A stretch of DNA of 32,000 bases from Candidatus Hermodarchaeota archaeon. Lineage in GTDB: Archaea > Asgardarchaeota > Heimdallarchaeia > Hodarchaeales > Hodarchaeaceae. Location of the stretch: assembly GCA_048886185.1 (NCBI GenBank), contig JBHLKY010000018.1:51251-83250 (forward strand), read 5' to 3'. How positions within the stretch are numbered: the first letter of the stretch is position 1; the number at the start of each line of letters is the position of its first letter. A program made the position numbers and the translations under genes. Shown here piece by piece: positions 1 through 10,073 of this stretch. The notes below the pieces were generated by a model. That model had not been told where the DNA came from and ran no database searches. It worked only from the letters and a program-made list of their open reading frames with translations.

Positions 1-1
1 T

Positions 2-415
2 ATTCCTTCTGGTCTTGTTACAGGATCAATTAAAGACCAATCGAAAATTATGATCCCGTACATAAGATATCGGATCAAATCAACTTGCCAAAACTTGATA
101 AAAATGAGTTCCTTAATTATGACGAGATTTGATGAGGAAAGAATAGAACTACTTCAAGCACTCTTTAAACATGTCAGAATTAATACTAAAATGCCTCGTC
201 CTGCAAAAAAAGAAGAATTAGAATCTTTTTTAGCACCAACAGTAATTATAGCTTCCAAAAATGATATTTTGTTTCCAGCATCTAAAGTAATCCCACGGGC
301 GAAAGAAATTTTTCCTAATTTAGTCTATACAGAAATTCTGGAAGGAATACATGAACCTACTGAGGAGGAATACAAAATTATTCATCAAAAAGCTATAGAA
401 TTCTTCTTATCCTAA
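2..415 (+). CDS. alpha/beta hydrolase (carboxylesterase-like), C-terminal part; 5'-truncated by window edge
   Basis: Frame is open from nt 2 (IPSGLVTGSIKDQSKIMIP...), upstream of the track's ATG at 50. It carries the C-terminal hydrolase pattern PTVIIASKNDILFP (acid) and EGIHEP (His). Confidence 0.7.
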   Translation: MPSGLVTGSIKDQSKIMIPYIRYRIKSTCQNLIKMSSLIMTRFDEERIELLQALFKHVRINTKMPRPAKKEELESFLAPTVIIASKNDILFPASKVIPRAKEIFPNLVYTEILEGIHEPTEEEYKIIHQKAIEFFLS

Positions 416-600
416 TTTCTCTGGAGATTTATTATAGAATTCATAGTCACCTCATTTGAATTATAAGGGACTTCAAAGGAACAACAATCTATTCATTTTG
501 GTGTCTTTAAGTCAAATAGGCTCTTCAAATCGATAGTTTTTTCATTATCATCTTTGGTAGGAACCAAAGATATTAATACTCGTTCATTAAGAATGATCCT

Positions 601-2442
601 ATGCAGAATATTTATGGAAATTTTGGAAAGTTACTTGATATTAATTTAACAGACGGAAAATTGACTGATTATAAAATACCAGAGAGCTATTTACTGGACT
701 ATATTGGTGGTAAAGGACTCGGCGCAAGAATTCTCTGGGATTTACTACCCACTGATGGGATCACTGATCCTCTAGGGCCAAAGAATGTTTTGGTACTAAT
801 GTCGGGACCCTTAGTTGGATTAAACGTATTTGGTTCATCTCGAAATGTCGTAATGACTAAGTCTCCATTGTCTAAATATGTAGCAGAGGCTTATGGTGGT
901 GGGTATTTTCCAACTGCATTTAAGAGGACTGGTTATGATGGCATTATTGTTCGAGGAAAAAGCCCAAATCCAGTATATTTAGAAATGATTGATGGAAATA
1001 TCAGTTTAAATGATGCAACAGAATATTGGGGGAAAGGAGTGTTTGAAACGCATAATGCACTAATAAAAAAACATGGTGAACATGCTAGAACTGCTTTGAT
1101 CGGGCCTGCAGGAGAGAAATTGGTAAGGTATGCTGCAATTATAAATGACCAAAACCGTGCAGCAGCACGAGGGGGAGTAGGTGCAGTGATGGGATCAAAA
1201 CTTATGAAAGGAGTGGTTGCAAGAGGAAAGGAAACTCCAAAAGTATCCGACAAGGAACGATTTGAACAGCTAAGGGATAAATACAGGCATTTCTTTCACA
1301 ATGAAAGGAAAGTATCCGAATCATTTGGATTATATGGAACTTCTGGAGCAGTAGGTTGGTTAAACAAGAATGGAACTCTTCCTACTAAAAATTGGCAATT
1401 TGGTAATTATAAAGATCACGAAACTCTGAAAGGTAAATATATGGAAGAGAGTGGTCTGCTAATTGGAAGGGAAAGTTGTACTACTTGTACTGCGTCTTGT
1501 AAAAGAAAAATTGAGGGAGATTTCAAGGGATATAAGTTAACACCTACCGGCTCGTCTATAGAATACGAAAATATAGCTGCTTTTGGTACTATGGTGCTTA
1601 ATTCTGACCTTAAACTGGTGGGTTTAGCAACTCAATTATGTAATGACTATGGTTTAGATACTATTTCGACAGGGGCTAGTATAGCTTATGTTATGGAAGC
1701 AACAGAGAGAAATCTCGCGGAATCATTGAAAATTTCACTTGAGTGGGGAAATCCAGATCATATAATACAAGCAATTGAAAAGATAGCGAGAAGAGAGGAC
1801 TTCGGAAATGAGATGGCAGAGGGAGTGTGGAGAATGGGGGAAAAGATAGGAGGAAAAGACTTTGCAGTCCATACTAAAGGAATGGAGGTAGGGTACCATG
1901 ATCCTCGGGGCCTTGTGGGAATGGGACTTTCGTATGCCGTAAGCCCCAGAGGAGGATCACATCTGGAAGGATTTTATGACACAACAGTAGAGACAGAAAA
2001 CGCCAATCCTGATCTTGGAGCTATTACTCCTATTTCTAGATTCGATGCAATTGGAAAACCACCATTAGTGATAAATTATCAGAACGAAACTTCCTTTTTA
2101 AATAGTTTAATCACTTGTTATTTCGTCAATTCAGCACGACGTCTAAGATCAATTCTAGGAGCTGTCTTAGGAATCGAAATTAATACTCAAAACATGTTGG
2201 AAATTGGTTCAAGAGTTTTCAATATGTGGAGAATGGTTGCAGTAAGAGAAGGTTGTTCTGTGACAGATGATGACTTACCTCCTCGTTTTAAAAATGAATC
2301 ACTAACTTTTGATGAAAAAGAAAATGCTATCAACCCTGAAATGCTGAACATGATGCTTCAAGAGTATTATCAAATTCGTAATTGGGATAGTACTGGAAAA
2401 CCGACCGAAGGATTAATCAGGGATCTTAGGTTGCCTCACTAG
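601..2442 (+). CDS. aor: tungsten-dependent aldehyde:ferredoxin oxidoreductase family protein
   Basis: 613 aa. AFOR motifs: YIGGKGLG, DPLGPKN, KSPLS, GYDGIIVRG, IGPAGE, ARGGVGAVMGSK, CxxCxxxC (CTTCTASC), EYE, CNDYGLDTIS, DDLPPRF, YYQIRNWD. Confidence 0.93.
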   Translation: MQNIYGNFGKLLDINLTDGKLTDYKIPESYLLDYIGGKGLGARILWDLLPTDGITDPLGPKNVLVLMSGPLVGLNVFGSSRNVVMTKSPLSKYVAEAYGGGYFPTAFKRTGYDGIIVRGKSPNPVYLEMIDGNISLNDATEYWGKGVFETHNALIKKHGEHARTALIGPAGEKLVRYAAIINDQNRAAARGGVGAVMGSKLMKGVVARGKETPKVSDKERFEQLRDKYRHFFHNERKVSESFGLYGTSGAVGWLNKNGTLPTKNWQFGNYKDHETLKGKYMEESGLLIGRESCTTCTASCKRKIEGDFKGYKLTPTGSSIEYENIAAFGTMVLNSDLKLVGLATQLCNDYGLDTISTGASIAYVMEATERNLAESLKISLEWGNPDHIIQAIEKIARREDFGNEMAEGVWRMGEKIGGKDFAVHTKGMEVGYHDPRGLVGMGLSYAVSPRGGSHLEGFYDTTVETENANPDLGAITPISRFDAIGKPPLVINYQNETSFLNSLITCYFVNSARRLRSILGAVLGIEINTQNMLEIGSRVFNMWRMVAVREGCSVTDDDLPPRFKNESLTFDEKENAINPEMLNMMLQEYYQIRNWDSTGKPTEGLIRDLRLPH

Positions 2443-2736
2443 GGATAAAAATCCCACACTGATTAGGAATTATATCTTTTTCTTTCCATTAATCAGGAAG
2501 ATTATAGAAACTATATTTAGAATACCTCTAAACATCATAATATAATATATTCATATATTAATTTGATACTTTTGTGATTCTGCGGTTTTAAATTCTGGAA
2601 ATTTAAACTTTAGTAGACTTGGGTTTTTTTATAGTCTCCAGGGTTTTTGAATGCTTTTTATGTATATTTAGCGATAATTAAATTTAATTACTAGAATCAG
2701 AAAAGGAATATAACTTGATAATTTCAAATAAGACGT

Positions 2737-3405
2737 ATGGAATTAATCAACGTAAATAAAACAACTAAGCAGATCATTCCATCAATGCCCTTAAATGCTC
2801 TGTTGATTAGTGATCATCATTTTTTAGATAATAATTTCGGATATTTTAGTGTCAATTCTACAAAATTAACAATGGATTGCCTATCAAGATTGATTGCTAA
2901 ATTCAAACCAGATCAAATTCTGGTGTTAGGTGATTTATTTCATTATGGCCAAAAGAATAATCAATTTGTCTTTCGGATAATGAACTTTTTTAGTGAATTG
3001 GAAAAAGAGATTTTTATAATAGGGGGAAATCACGATAAAGAGTTGGTTGAAAATCAAATCAAGAACTGGTCAAAAAATAATTTTCACATTTATCCTGATT
3101 CGTTTTTGCTTTATAAAAACGACCAAGAGAAGATTTGGTTTACCCATGATGGGAATAATCCTTATTGGCTTGACAAATCAGAAGTTCCAGACTTTCTTAC
3201 AAGCCTTAAGAAGCTTTACAAATTCTCAACACAACATTGGTTAATAACTGGACATACACATCTTCCTTGCCAAATAAAAGAGAAAAAAATAGCATCATTA
3301 GGGTGCTTCAATGTTGAAGGACATAATCAGCCCTTATCATTTGGTTTCGTTAAAGAAATCGCAGACCATATACAATTTTCATTGCAGGACGCAGTAAAAA
3401 TATGA
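2737..3405 (+). CDS. calcineurin-like metallophosphoesterase
   Basis: Five metal-binding motifs in canonical order: SDHH, LGDLFH, GNHD, THDG, GHTH. Confidence 0.85.
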   Translation: MELINVNKTTKQIIPSMPLNALLISDHHFLDNNFGYFSVNSTKLTMDCLSRLIAKFKPDQILVLGDLFHYGQKNNQFVFRIMNFFSELEKEIFIIGGNHDKELVENQIKNWSKNNFHIYPDSFLLYKNDQEKIWFTHDGNNPYWLDKSEVPDFLTSLKKLYKFSTQHWLITGHTHLPCQIKEKKIASLGCFNVEGHNQPLSFGFVKEIADHIQFSLQDAVKI

Positions 3406-3690
3406 TCATTGAAATTAATTTTAAAAAACCAAAGAAAACAACATTTCTTAGAACTTTAGTAGTTTACACCTGTAACTAGTGAACACGCACAAAACCTAGA
3501 AAGAAGAATCAAATTCATTTATACAGTTGACAACAGGTAAAAAACTTCTCACCATCCATTTAATCTCTTAGAGATTTGTGTACAATGTAGACGGTAATTT
3601 TTTATACTCGTTGAGATTATCAGACAAATGAAATTAAGAATATCTAAAACCTATCATCCTCAATGCCATTAATGAAATGGTTAAAACAAA

Positions 3691-4119
3691 ATGAACACAT
3701 ACAACATAAGTAGGATATGTTTAGGTGTTTTTTATTTAATTGCGAGTATGGTCAATCTTTTTCACACAATAAACAACACTCAATATTTATGGGTTGTTTG
3801 TCTTGAAAATGTTCATTTCTCATCTTATAAAGAATTTCTTGAGCAAATTATAATTCCTAATGAAAAAAGTGTTATAATATTAATTGTTTTTTTTGAATTG
3901 GTTGTTGGTATGTTAATTTTAAGTAAAGAAATTTTCGTAAAGATTGGTTTGATGCTAGGTGTTCTTTGGGTATTATTGATATCACCATTCCTTCCCTGGA
4001 ATGATATTTTAGGCCATCTCATCCTAGGAATATTCCAAGCACTTCTACTTAAAGAAAACTATGATAAGAGCTTTTTAGAAATTATACACTCGAAAATATT
4101 ATCGGATTCCATTTTATAA
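3691..4119 (+). CDS. DoxX-like membrane protein
   Basis: 142 aa with about 4 hydrophobic segments. The pattern 'IIIPN...IVFFELVVGMLIL' resembles DoxX-family proteins. Confidence 0.55.
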   Translation: MNTYNISRICLGVFYLIASMVNLFHTINNTQYLWVVCLENVHFSSYKEFLEQIIIPNEKSVIILIVFFELVVGMLILSKEIFVKIGLMLGVLWVLLISPFLPWNDILGHLILGIFQALLLKENYDKSFLEIIHSKILSDSIL

Positions 4120-4248
4120 TATGTCTACATAACAAAATAATTATAGGTTTAGTGAGGAGAGAAACTAAAATGCATATTCATCTATTCCTGAGAGAAACAA
4201 TCTTCAATGAGAATAAAATAAGCAATAAATAATTCTAAGATCTTTTCA

Positions 4249-4668
4249 TTGATGAAAAATTTCATATTCTCATTTGATCAAGGAAAGTCAGCAATTAAGA
4301 TAATTCAACCAAAAAACCAATCTTATAATATTTCCAAAATAATAGTAGTAATAAATGCAATTGAATATCTTCCTTGGGTTGTATATTCTCTTAATAACGC
4401 TCCAAATGTCAGTATTCCATTATTAACAACATCTCCTTCCCTTTCCATTAGACTTTGATATTTGAAGATTTATGCTAGTGACACTATGGGGAATAGTGGA
4501 ACTACAGAAGTCTTTTTTACTGTTCACATTTCTGTAGATAAACCCTTTTCGACCTCGGTTTCATCCATGTTCAAATCAAAAACAACTTCAACATTAGAAT
4601 TTAACTTATTCTTACCCAGTTTTCTTTTTCTGGTCTTAATTGTCTGTAACTGAAGAAAATTTCGGTGA
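4249..4668 (+). pseudogene. degraded surface-protein remnant (Ig-like module plus C-terminal membrane anchor)
   Basis: Track ORFs 4249-4458 and 4462-4653 are in the same frame, split by TGA at 4456-4458. The joined text YSLNNAPN...L*YLKIYASDTMGNSGTTEVFFTV resembles archaeal Ig-like repeats. It is followed by an S/T-rich linker, a hydrophobic stretch, a second TGA (4651-4653) and RKFR. Confidence 0.5.
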
Positions 4669-4872
4669 ATGATTACTTTATTATCCTACTTCTCCTTGTA
4701 AAATTCCTCAATTCTCTACTTTTTTGAATATTGGTTATTAAGCTGGATACCATTCAAAGTTTGTCTTATTAGGAAAAATTTCCCACTAATTCTAAATATT
4801 CTTTTTCCAGCATTCATCAATAATTAAATTAGTTTTTTAAACCCCTTTATTCTACATCCTCCAAGATCTCCA

Positions 4873-7359
4873 ATGAAAACGACAAAAAATACATTTTTAG
4901 GATTTTCCATAATATTAGGTTTTTTATTATTCTCTTCAATTGTTTCGTCTGGATTGGGACAAGTTCCAGTAATTGAATTGGATAAGGATGCTACTTATTT
5001 CGTACCTACTAGTTTAAACGATGATTGGCTATATTATGTTAATCCTCCTGGTACTGACTTCAGAGGGTCAGAAATTTTATATAAAGGTATTTCAGGAACA
5101 CATAATGCAGAATATACTTATTTCTCAAACTACAACCAGTGGTCATATTCTTCCGTGAATTTAGAGAGAAACGAATTAGTTAATGATAATTTATTAACCA
5201 ACACAACTCGGTATGGTTACCATCCTTTCTTTAATCCAGAACCATATCCTCGTGCAGTACGAATTCAATCAACTTTCAATCCCATTTATGAGTACTCACA
5301 CAGAACTGCAATAAATCTTCATATGGGCTATTCATTCAGCTTCATGGCTGAAGCTTACACAACCTATTTCGGTTTTCTTGATACCAATGAACCTTTTCTT
5401 CTAGATATTCATATCTACGACTGTGATGCGGATGGAGGAATTCTGTTTCCTGAGGCATTCCCCTTAGAGGGGCACACGATTGGATATCTCGAGAAAAAAA
5501 TGACCTATCCGTTTATTCCACGAAATAATTCAGTAACTCCATTAAATTTCACCCTCTGGTTGGATCAAGGATCACTAGTTACATTGACTCCACATGCGTG
5601 GGAATATCCTGATTATCTACCTACATTAGATGTAAATCGTACTTATTCTGGAGAAATTGATCAAGGAAAATATATGGTACTCGAAGACAATGAAATTATT
5701 TACCCTGATAACGAGATATTCAGCATAAGAATGTTTAATCTAGAACTCGAGGAGGAAAAAAGCTATGAATTATTCGTTGATTTCATAGGCCTCGAAAGGA
5801 CAAGCTGCACTAGTGGTTACCCATTCATTTGGTTAGCAGCTGAACATATTGACATTTTTCCAAATTCAGCCTTTAATCAGAATGGGTACCGGTTTCGAGC
5901 CAAGAAAAATGAAAGTGCTACATTGATACTTTTCTCTCAAAGTTGGTCATCAGGAGAGTATACAATCTACTACCAGAATATTATGTATGAACCAGAGGTA
6001 ATTGAGGCCCATTCATTAACTTTTAATAGAAATATCGAGTTAGAGTACTATACTTACTACTATTTCACTTTAGATGCTCCACATATGCTGGCTGTGAACT
6101 ATTCTTATTATTTTTATTTTGACTTATACATTCGTGGCTCTCAACTAAATGAATGGATCTATGTTGACAATCAAAATTTCTTTAGTCCAGAGTATGGAAA
6201 CCTCGTAGGAGACTGGGTAGAAGATATCGGTAATAATTGGCGTTATTTTCCAGCAGGAACTTATGCAATTAGACCTAGTTGGTTTTGGTCATCTAGTGAA
6301 ATTCGTTTTACAAAGATTCCCATATTTTCACCTTCTACAGTTTCTGTAAACAAAAACAGTATTTTTGCCTTTGAAGTTCCTCTCACAAGAAACCGAATTA
6401 ATTTCATCAATATATCAACGAATGAGCAGGTTCTACCCAATCAGATAGTGAATTATGAGTATTCCTGGGTTGGAAAATATAATGAAATGATAAAAGACTT
6501 TTATTACTCTGGTAATGTATGGATTGGAAATCGAAATGACTCTGGGCAATGGGTAAAATGGGGATCTAACAATACTCTATTAGAGTCATTTTTACCAACA
6601 AGAGATTATGAAACTCCCATCTTACTGATCAGACCTTATTTGGCAGAAAATAGTACTGGCCATGTTCTATCCTCATTCATAGCGAGATTAACTGTTAGTA
6701 CTAATGTTCCAGACATTCAACATTACACATACAATTATTGGAATGCAATTGGTGCAGGATTCTTCATTCCCAAGGACATCATCTCATCTTCAACATCATA
6801 TACTATCAATGATGACGTGTACGCGGGATCTGAACACCTTTATGGCATCCCCTTATCCCTTCCTAGGTTTAGAATCTATAATATCACTGCTTCTTTGCTT
6901 GGTAATTTCAGTACAGGCTCCTCATTAGGGGTATTAAATGCTTCATTCGATGGGATGAACATCCATGGTGGAAATCTAAACAATCTGGCAATCTTTAATA
7001 CATTAGCTTCTGGTTATGATGGAACCAAACATTGGTATTCAGTACTCATTTTAACAGTTTCTACAAGATCATATCTATATCTTGACATTACACGAACACT
7101 TAACAACACATCTTACAGAAATGCTACTCTTAAGATCTATATAAGAGAAGTTACTAGAACTCCTTTAGACATTGATATTCCCCCTTACATATACAATTCA
7201 ACACGACTTATAGAAGAGATTCGTAAGGACGAGATGTTGGCTTCTCAAATCTTAGCCCCTGAAATGAAGAAACCCACTCCTGGATTTGAACTAATCTTCA
7301 CATTGGGCACCATTGTAAGTATTGCTAAAGTCTTTTCTTATAAACGTAGAAAGAAATAA
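4873..7359 (+). CDS. secreted cell-surface glycoprotein with PGF-CTERM-like sorting signal
   Basis: N-terminal signal peptide (MKTTKNTFLGFSIILGFLLFSSIVSSG). Body is beta-rich and Y/N/S-rich with many N-x-S/T sequons. C-terminus is TPGFE, a hydrophobic helix, then KRRKK. Confidence 0.8.
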   Translation: MKTTKNTFLGFSIILGFLLFSSIVSSGLGQVPVIELDKDATYFVPTSLNDDWLYYVNPPGTDFRGSEILYKGISGTHNAEYTYFSNYNQWSYSSVNLERNELVNDNLLTNTTRYGYHPFFNPEPYPRAVRIQSTFNPIYEYSHRTAINLHMGYSFSFMAEAYTTYFGFLDTNEPFLLDIHIYDCDADGGILFPEAFPLEGHTIGYLEKKMTYPFIPRNNSVTPLNFTLWLDQGSLVTLTPHAWEYPDYLPTLDVNRTYSGEIDQGKYMVLEDNEIIYPDNEIFSIRMFNLELEEEKSYELFVDFIGLERTSCTSGYPFIWLAAEHIDIFPNSAFNQNGYRFRAKKNESATLILFSQSWSSGEYTIYYQNIMYEPEVIEAHSLTFNRNIELEYYTYYYFTLDAPHMLAVNYSYYFYFDLYIRGSQLNEWIYVDNQNFFSPEYGNLVGDWVEDIGNNWRYFPAGTYAIRPSWFWSSSEIRFTKIPIFSPSTVSVNKNSIFAFEVPLTRNRINFINISTNEQVLPNQIVNYEYSWVGKYNEMIKDFYYSGNVWIGNRNDSGQWVKWGSNNTLLESFLPTRDYETPILLIRPYLAENSTGHVLSSFIARLTVSTNVPDIQHYTYNYWNAIGAGFFIPKDIISSSTSYTINDDVYAGSEHLYGIPLSLPRFRIYNITASLLGNFSTGSSLGVLNASFDGMNIHGGNLNNLAIFNTLASGYDGTKHWYSVLILTVSTRSYLYLDITRTLNNTSYRNATLKIYIREVTRTPLDIDIPPYIYNSTRLIEEIRKDEMLASQILAPEMKKPTPGFELIFTLGTIVSIAKVFSYKRRKK

Positions 7360-7428
7360 TTTATTTCTTTCCTCTTTTTTCTACATTTCAGAGAATATCA
7401 TAAGTTCCATAAAAAGAGTTTTTCTAAT

Positions 7429-7899
7429 TTACACAACCGCATCAATACTTCTTAACCACTTCTTCATCCGTGTCCATCTGCAAGTAATGCGACTAAGGAT
7501 AAAAGGTGAGTATAAGAAAAATAGTACAACAACCAGTTCATAATTAATACCACCAGCTATAAGAATGCCATTATAACTCAATAGGATATATGGAATACGA
7601 TAAATTATTCTTATAACTTGATATAATACAGGGCTGCCAAAATATTGAAGATCACCTACATATTCTGTAGGAAGAAGATAATAACCATATCCTTCAAAGA
7701 ATAAAGCAAAACCAAATAAAATCCCACTGATTAAAGAAGTCAAAAAGAACTCAAAAGATGTTACTTCCAAGAGAAGCGAACCAATCAATAGAATAATGCT
7801 TATGATTAGGCACACTAACCCAGTTGAAATAAGGATTTTTTGAAATCGAGTTCTTGTTCCAATAGCGGTTTCCTGCTCATTTTCTGTCTCTGTAACCAA
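7429..7899 (-). CDS. hypothetical membrane protein
   Basis: 156 aa, TTG start with GAGG just upstream, 3-4 hydrophobic segments, no recognised family. Confidence 0.6.
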   Translation of the reverse strand: MVTETENEQETAIGTRTRFQKILISTGLVCLIISIILLIGSLLLEVTSFEFFLTSLISGILFGFALFFEGYGYYLLPTEYVGDLQYFGSPVLYQVIRIIYRIPYILLSYNGILIAGGINYELVVVLFFLYSPFILSRITCRWTRMKKWLRSIDAVV

Positions 7900-8070
7900 T
7901 GAAATATCCTCTCAGGTTTTGGAATAGTAAAGGTTGTTTTCAATAATAATACATAAGATATATGCAAGAAAAATCCCTAGACTCAAAACTGTTGACATGA
8001 TAGTGAATTCAGAGAGTTTAATTAGCTGAAATAATCAGGAACGATATACAGAGATTATGGTGGTTTAGAA

Positions 8071-8385
8071 ATGTATGACTGTAAAATAACTGTGTTAAAA
8101 AGAACTGTAAATGAGGATCTCATTACGGAGTATCTTAAAGAAAAGTTCCAAGAAATACAACCATGTGAGCAATTTAAAGATGGACAAGAGTTTATTGTCA
8201 CCAAAGAAAAAAGATATAGCCCTCCAGAGGGGTTCTGTAAATGGGCATGGGCAGATATTCGGCATGATTTACTAACACTCGCCTATGGAGGGACAATCCC
8301 TCACATGAAGAATGAGAAGGCGAACATTGTCGGTTGTACGGATTATTACCGTCCCGTTTATTTTAAAATTGAACGATTAGACTAA
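8071..8385 (+). CDS. TIGR04076 family protein
   Basis: Pattern KITVLKR...PCEQFKDGQEF...PEGFCKWAW...GCTDYYRPVYFKIER, with the family's conserved cysteines. Confidence 0.85.
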   Translation: MYDCKITVLKRTVNEDLITEYLKEKFQEIQPCEQFKDGQEFIVTKEKRYSPPEGFCKWAWADIRHDLLTLAYGGTIPHMKNEKANIVGCTDYYRPVYFKIERLD

Positions 8386-8417
8386 TTCAAGAAAAAAAAT
8401 CAGAGGTTGATAATAGA

Positions 8418-8717
8418 ATGGAAGAAAAGGAATCAATTTTGTACATTGTCTTATTAGCAGCAGCAATGCTAATTATGCCTGGTTCACTAGGCCAAAACAG
8501 CCCTCTTTATGAGAGTTCATTGTTGTTGATTTTGGGAGCAACAATACTCATAGCTATTGCAATGATTTTAATAGCGGTAAAAAATATTCCCTTTTTCACG
8601 CCATATATTCCTGTAGGCCTAGGAGATAGTATCATAAAGCTATTAGCTTGGATCGGGGTATTAGTTGTTGGAATTCTGATGATTATCATCAATTTGGTGA
8701 ATACATTAGCTGGTTGA
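8418..8717 (+). CDS. small hypothetical membrane protein (about 3 TM)
   Basis: 99 aa, strongly hydrophobic, GAGGT ribosome site upstream, co-oriented 32 nt after the TIGR04076 gene. Confidence 0.6.
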   Translation: MEEKESILYIVLLAAAMLIMPGSLGQNSPLYESSLLLILGATILIAIAMILIAVKNIPFFTPYIPVGLGDSIIKLLAWIGVLVVGILMIIINLVNTLAG

Positions 8718-8742
8718 GAGGCAAAACAAATAATGACTCGAT

Positions 8743-8943
8743 TTACTCATCATTTTCAAAGATAAACAATGACTCGATTGAGGTTTTGAAAACCTTGGCA
8801 ATTTTATAAGCAAGTTTGAGTGATGGATTATACTTTCCCTTCTCTAAGAAAACTATTGTTTCCCTTCTCACACCTACTTCTTTAGCAAGTTCATTCTGAG
8901 TTAAGTCATAACGTACTCTGTATTCTTTGATCCGTGTTTTCAT
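8743..8943 (-). CDS. XRE-family helix-turn-helix transcriptional regulator
   Basis: [49 protein letters not shown] is a classic small XRE sequence. ATG at 8943 is preferred over the track start at 8976, which overlaps the upstream gene; AGAGGT lies upstream of 8943. Confidence 0.92.
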   Translation of the reverse strand: MKTRIKEYRVRYDLTQNELAKEVGVRRETIVFLEKGKYNPSLKLAYKIAKVFKTSIESLFIFENDE

Positions 8944-8954
8944 TATAGTTCCAC

Positions 8955-9374
8955 TTAACCTCTCTGTTCGAACCAATAATAGCCAAGATAATACAAAGTA
9001 ATTCCGATCGAAATTACAGGTCCAGTTATGGCAACAAAAATTATTTCATTGATTAAATTCATTGCATTAAAAAGAATTAAGATTAGAAGAGAAATAAAAA
9101 GAAATCTAAAACCTAAATCAGCAGCTTTTAATCTGTTTTTTTCAGATCGCTCATCGTGCTTGATAATTAATTTTCCTACTCTTCGATTTCTGAACTCTCT
9201 GATCGAATAGTATAAAATTAATGAGCCAGGAATGATGAGGAAACCACTCAATATCTGATAGAATATGTCTCCTAATGAAAAAAGCCCCATTACGCCTACC
9301 AACATAATAGCTATTCCTATCAAAGTGGGTAATACTAAAGGGAGAGAACTACGCTTTTGATTTTCAATAGACAT
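8955..9374 (-). CDS. DUF2178-type membrane protein
   Basis: 4 TM segments with the 'DER.....KA...F' motif ([17 protein letters not shown]), directly upstream of an XRE gene, which is the usual context. Confidence 0.7.
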   Translation of the reverse strand: MSIENQKRSSLPLVLPTLIGIAIMLVGVMGLFSLGDIFYQILSGFLIIPGSLILYYSIREFRNRRVGKLIIKHDERSEKNRLKAADLGFRFLFISLLILILFNAMNLINEIIFVAITGPVISIGITLYYLGYYWFEQRG

Positions 9375-9386
9375 ATTTCACACCTC

Positions 9387-10073
9387 TTATAAAGCAAGAA
9401 CTAATATTTCTCTATTAAACCATTTCTTTGCTAAAAAATATGTCATGAAAACAAGGATCAACAAGATCAATGCTAATAGGGCATAACCTAGGATTTTGGT
9501 AAATTGGAGATAACTCACAAACAAAAAGAATATCATCAAAATGATTAATAATCCTCCTATGGGCATTAAAACAGCCCCACCTCCCTCTGCAACTGTGGGA
9601 AACCTTGATGTTCCTATTATAAAAATAAAAGTTGTGAAAATTACGGAAAGAGGCCCAATTATAAATAGTAATAAAATTGTAGATAATTGCACCAAATTAA
9701 CAGTAAAAAGAATTATTCCTGACAATAACACTTGAGTAATTAATCCAGCAACGATACAAGCCATACTCTTACCAAGAAAAATTTCTTTCTCAGAAATTGG
9801 AGTCACAAGTAAGGGTTTAATTGTTTTCCACCTTATTTCATTAATGAAAGTATTGATCCCAACAAGAGTCGTTACAAGAACAGGTAGGATCAAGAATAGC
9901 AAAAAACGGAAAAAATCATTTTCAGGTTCAGATTCAGAAAAGGCATCTAATAAACTGGGTATAAATACTAGCATTGGTAACCCAAGGGAGAAAACCATTG
10001 GTATTAGAACACGCCTAGATCCGAAGCGGATTTTTAATTCCTTTTTACAGATTACTATGGCGATTTTAATCAT
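9387..10073 (-). CDS. ABC-2 type exporter permease
   Basis: KKELK N-terminal motif, 'EIRWKTIKPLLVTPISEKEIFLGK' ABC-2 motif, about 6 TM. ATG at 10073 overlaps the ATPase stop. Confidence 0.88.
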   Translation of the reverse strand: MIKIAIVICKKELKIRFGSRRVLIPMVFSLGLPMLVFIPSLLDAFSESEPENDFFRFLLFLILPVLVTTLVGINTFINEIRWKTIKPLLVTPISEKEIFLGKSMACIVAGLITQVLLSGIILFTVNLVQLSTILLLFIIGPLSVIFTTFIFIIGTSRFPTVAEGGGAVLMPIGGLLIILMIFFLFVSYLQFTKILGYALLALILLILVFMTYFLAKKWFNREILVLAL

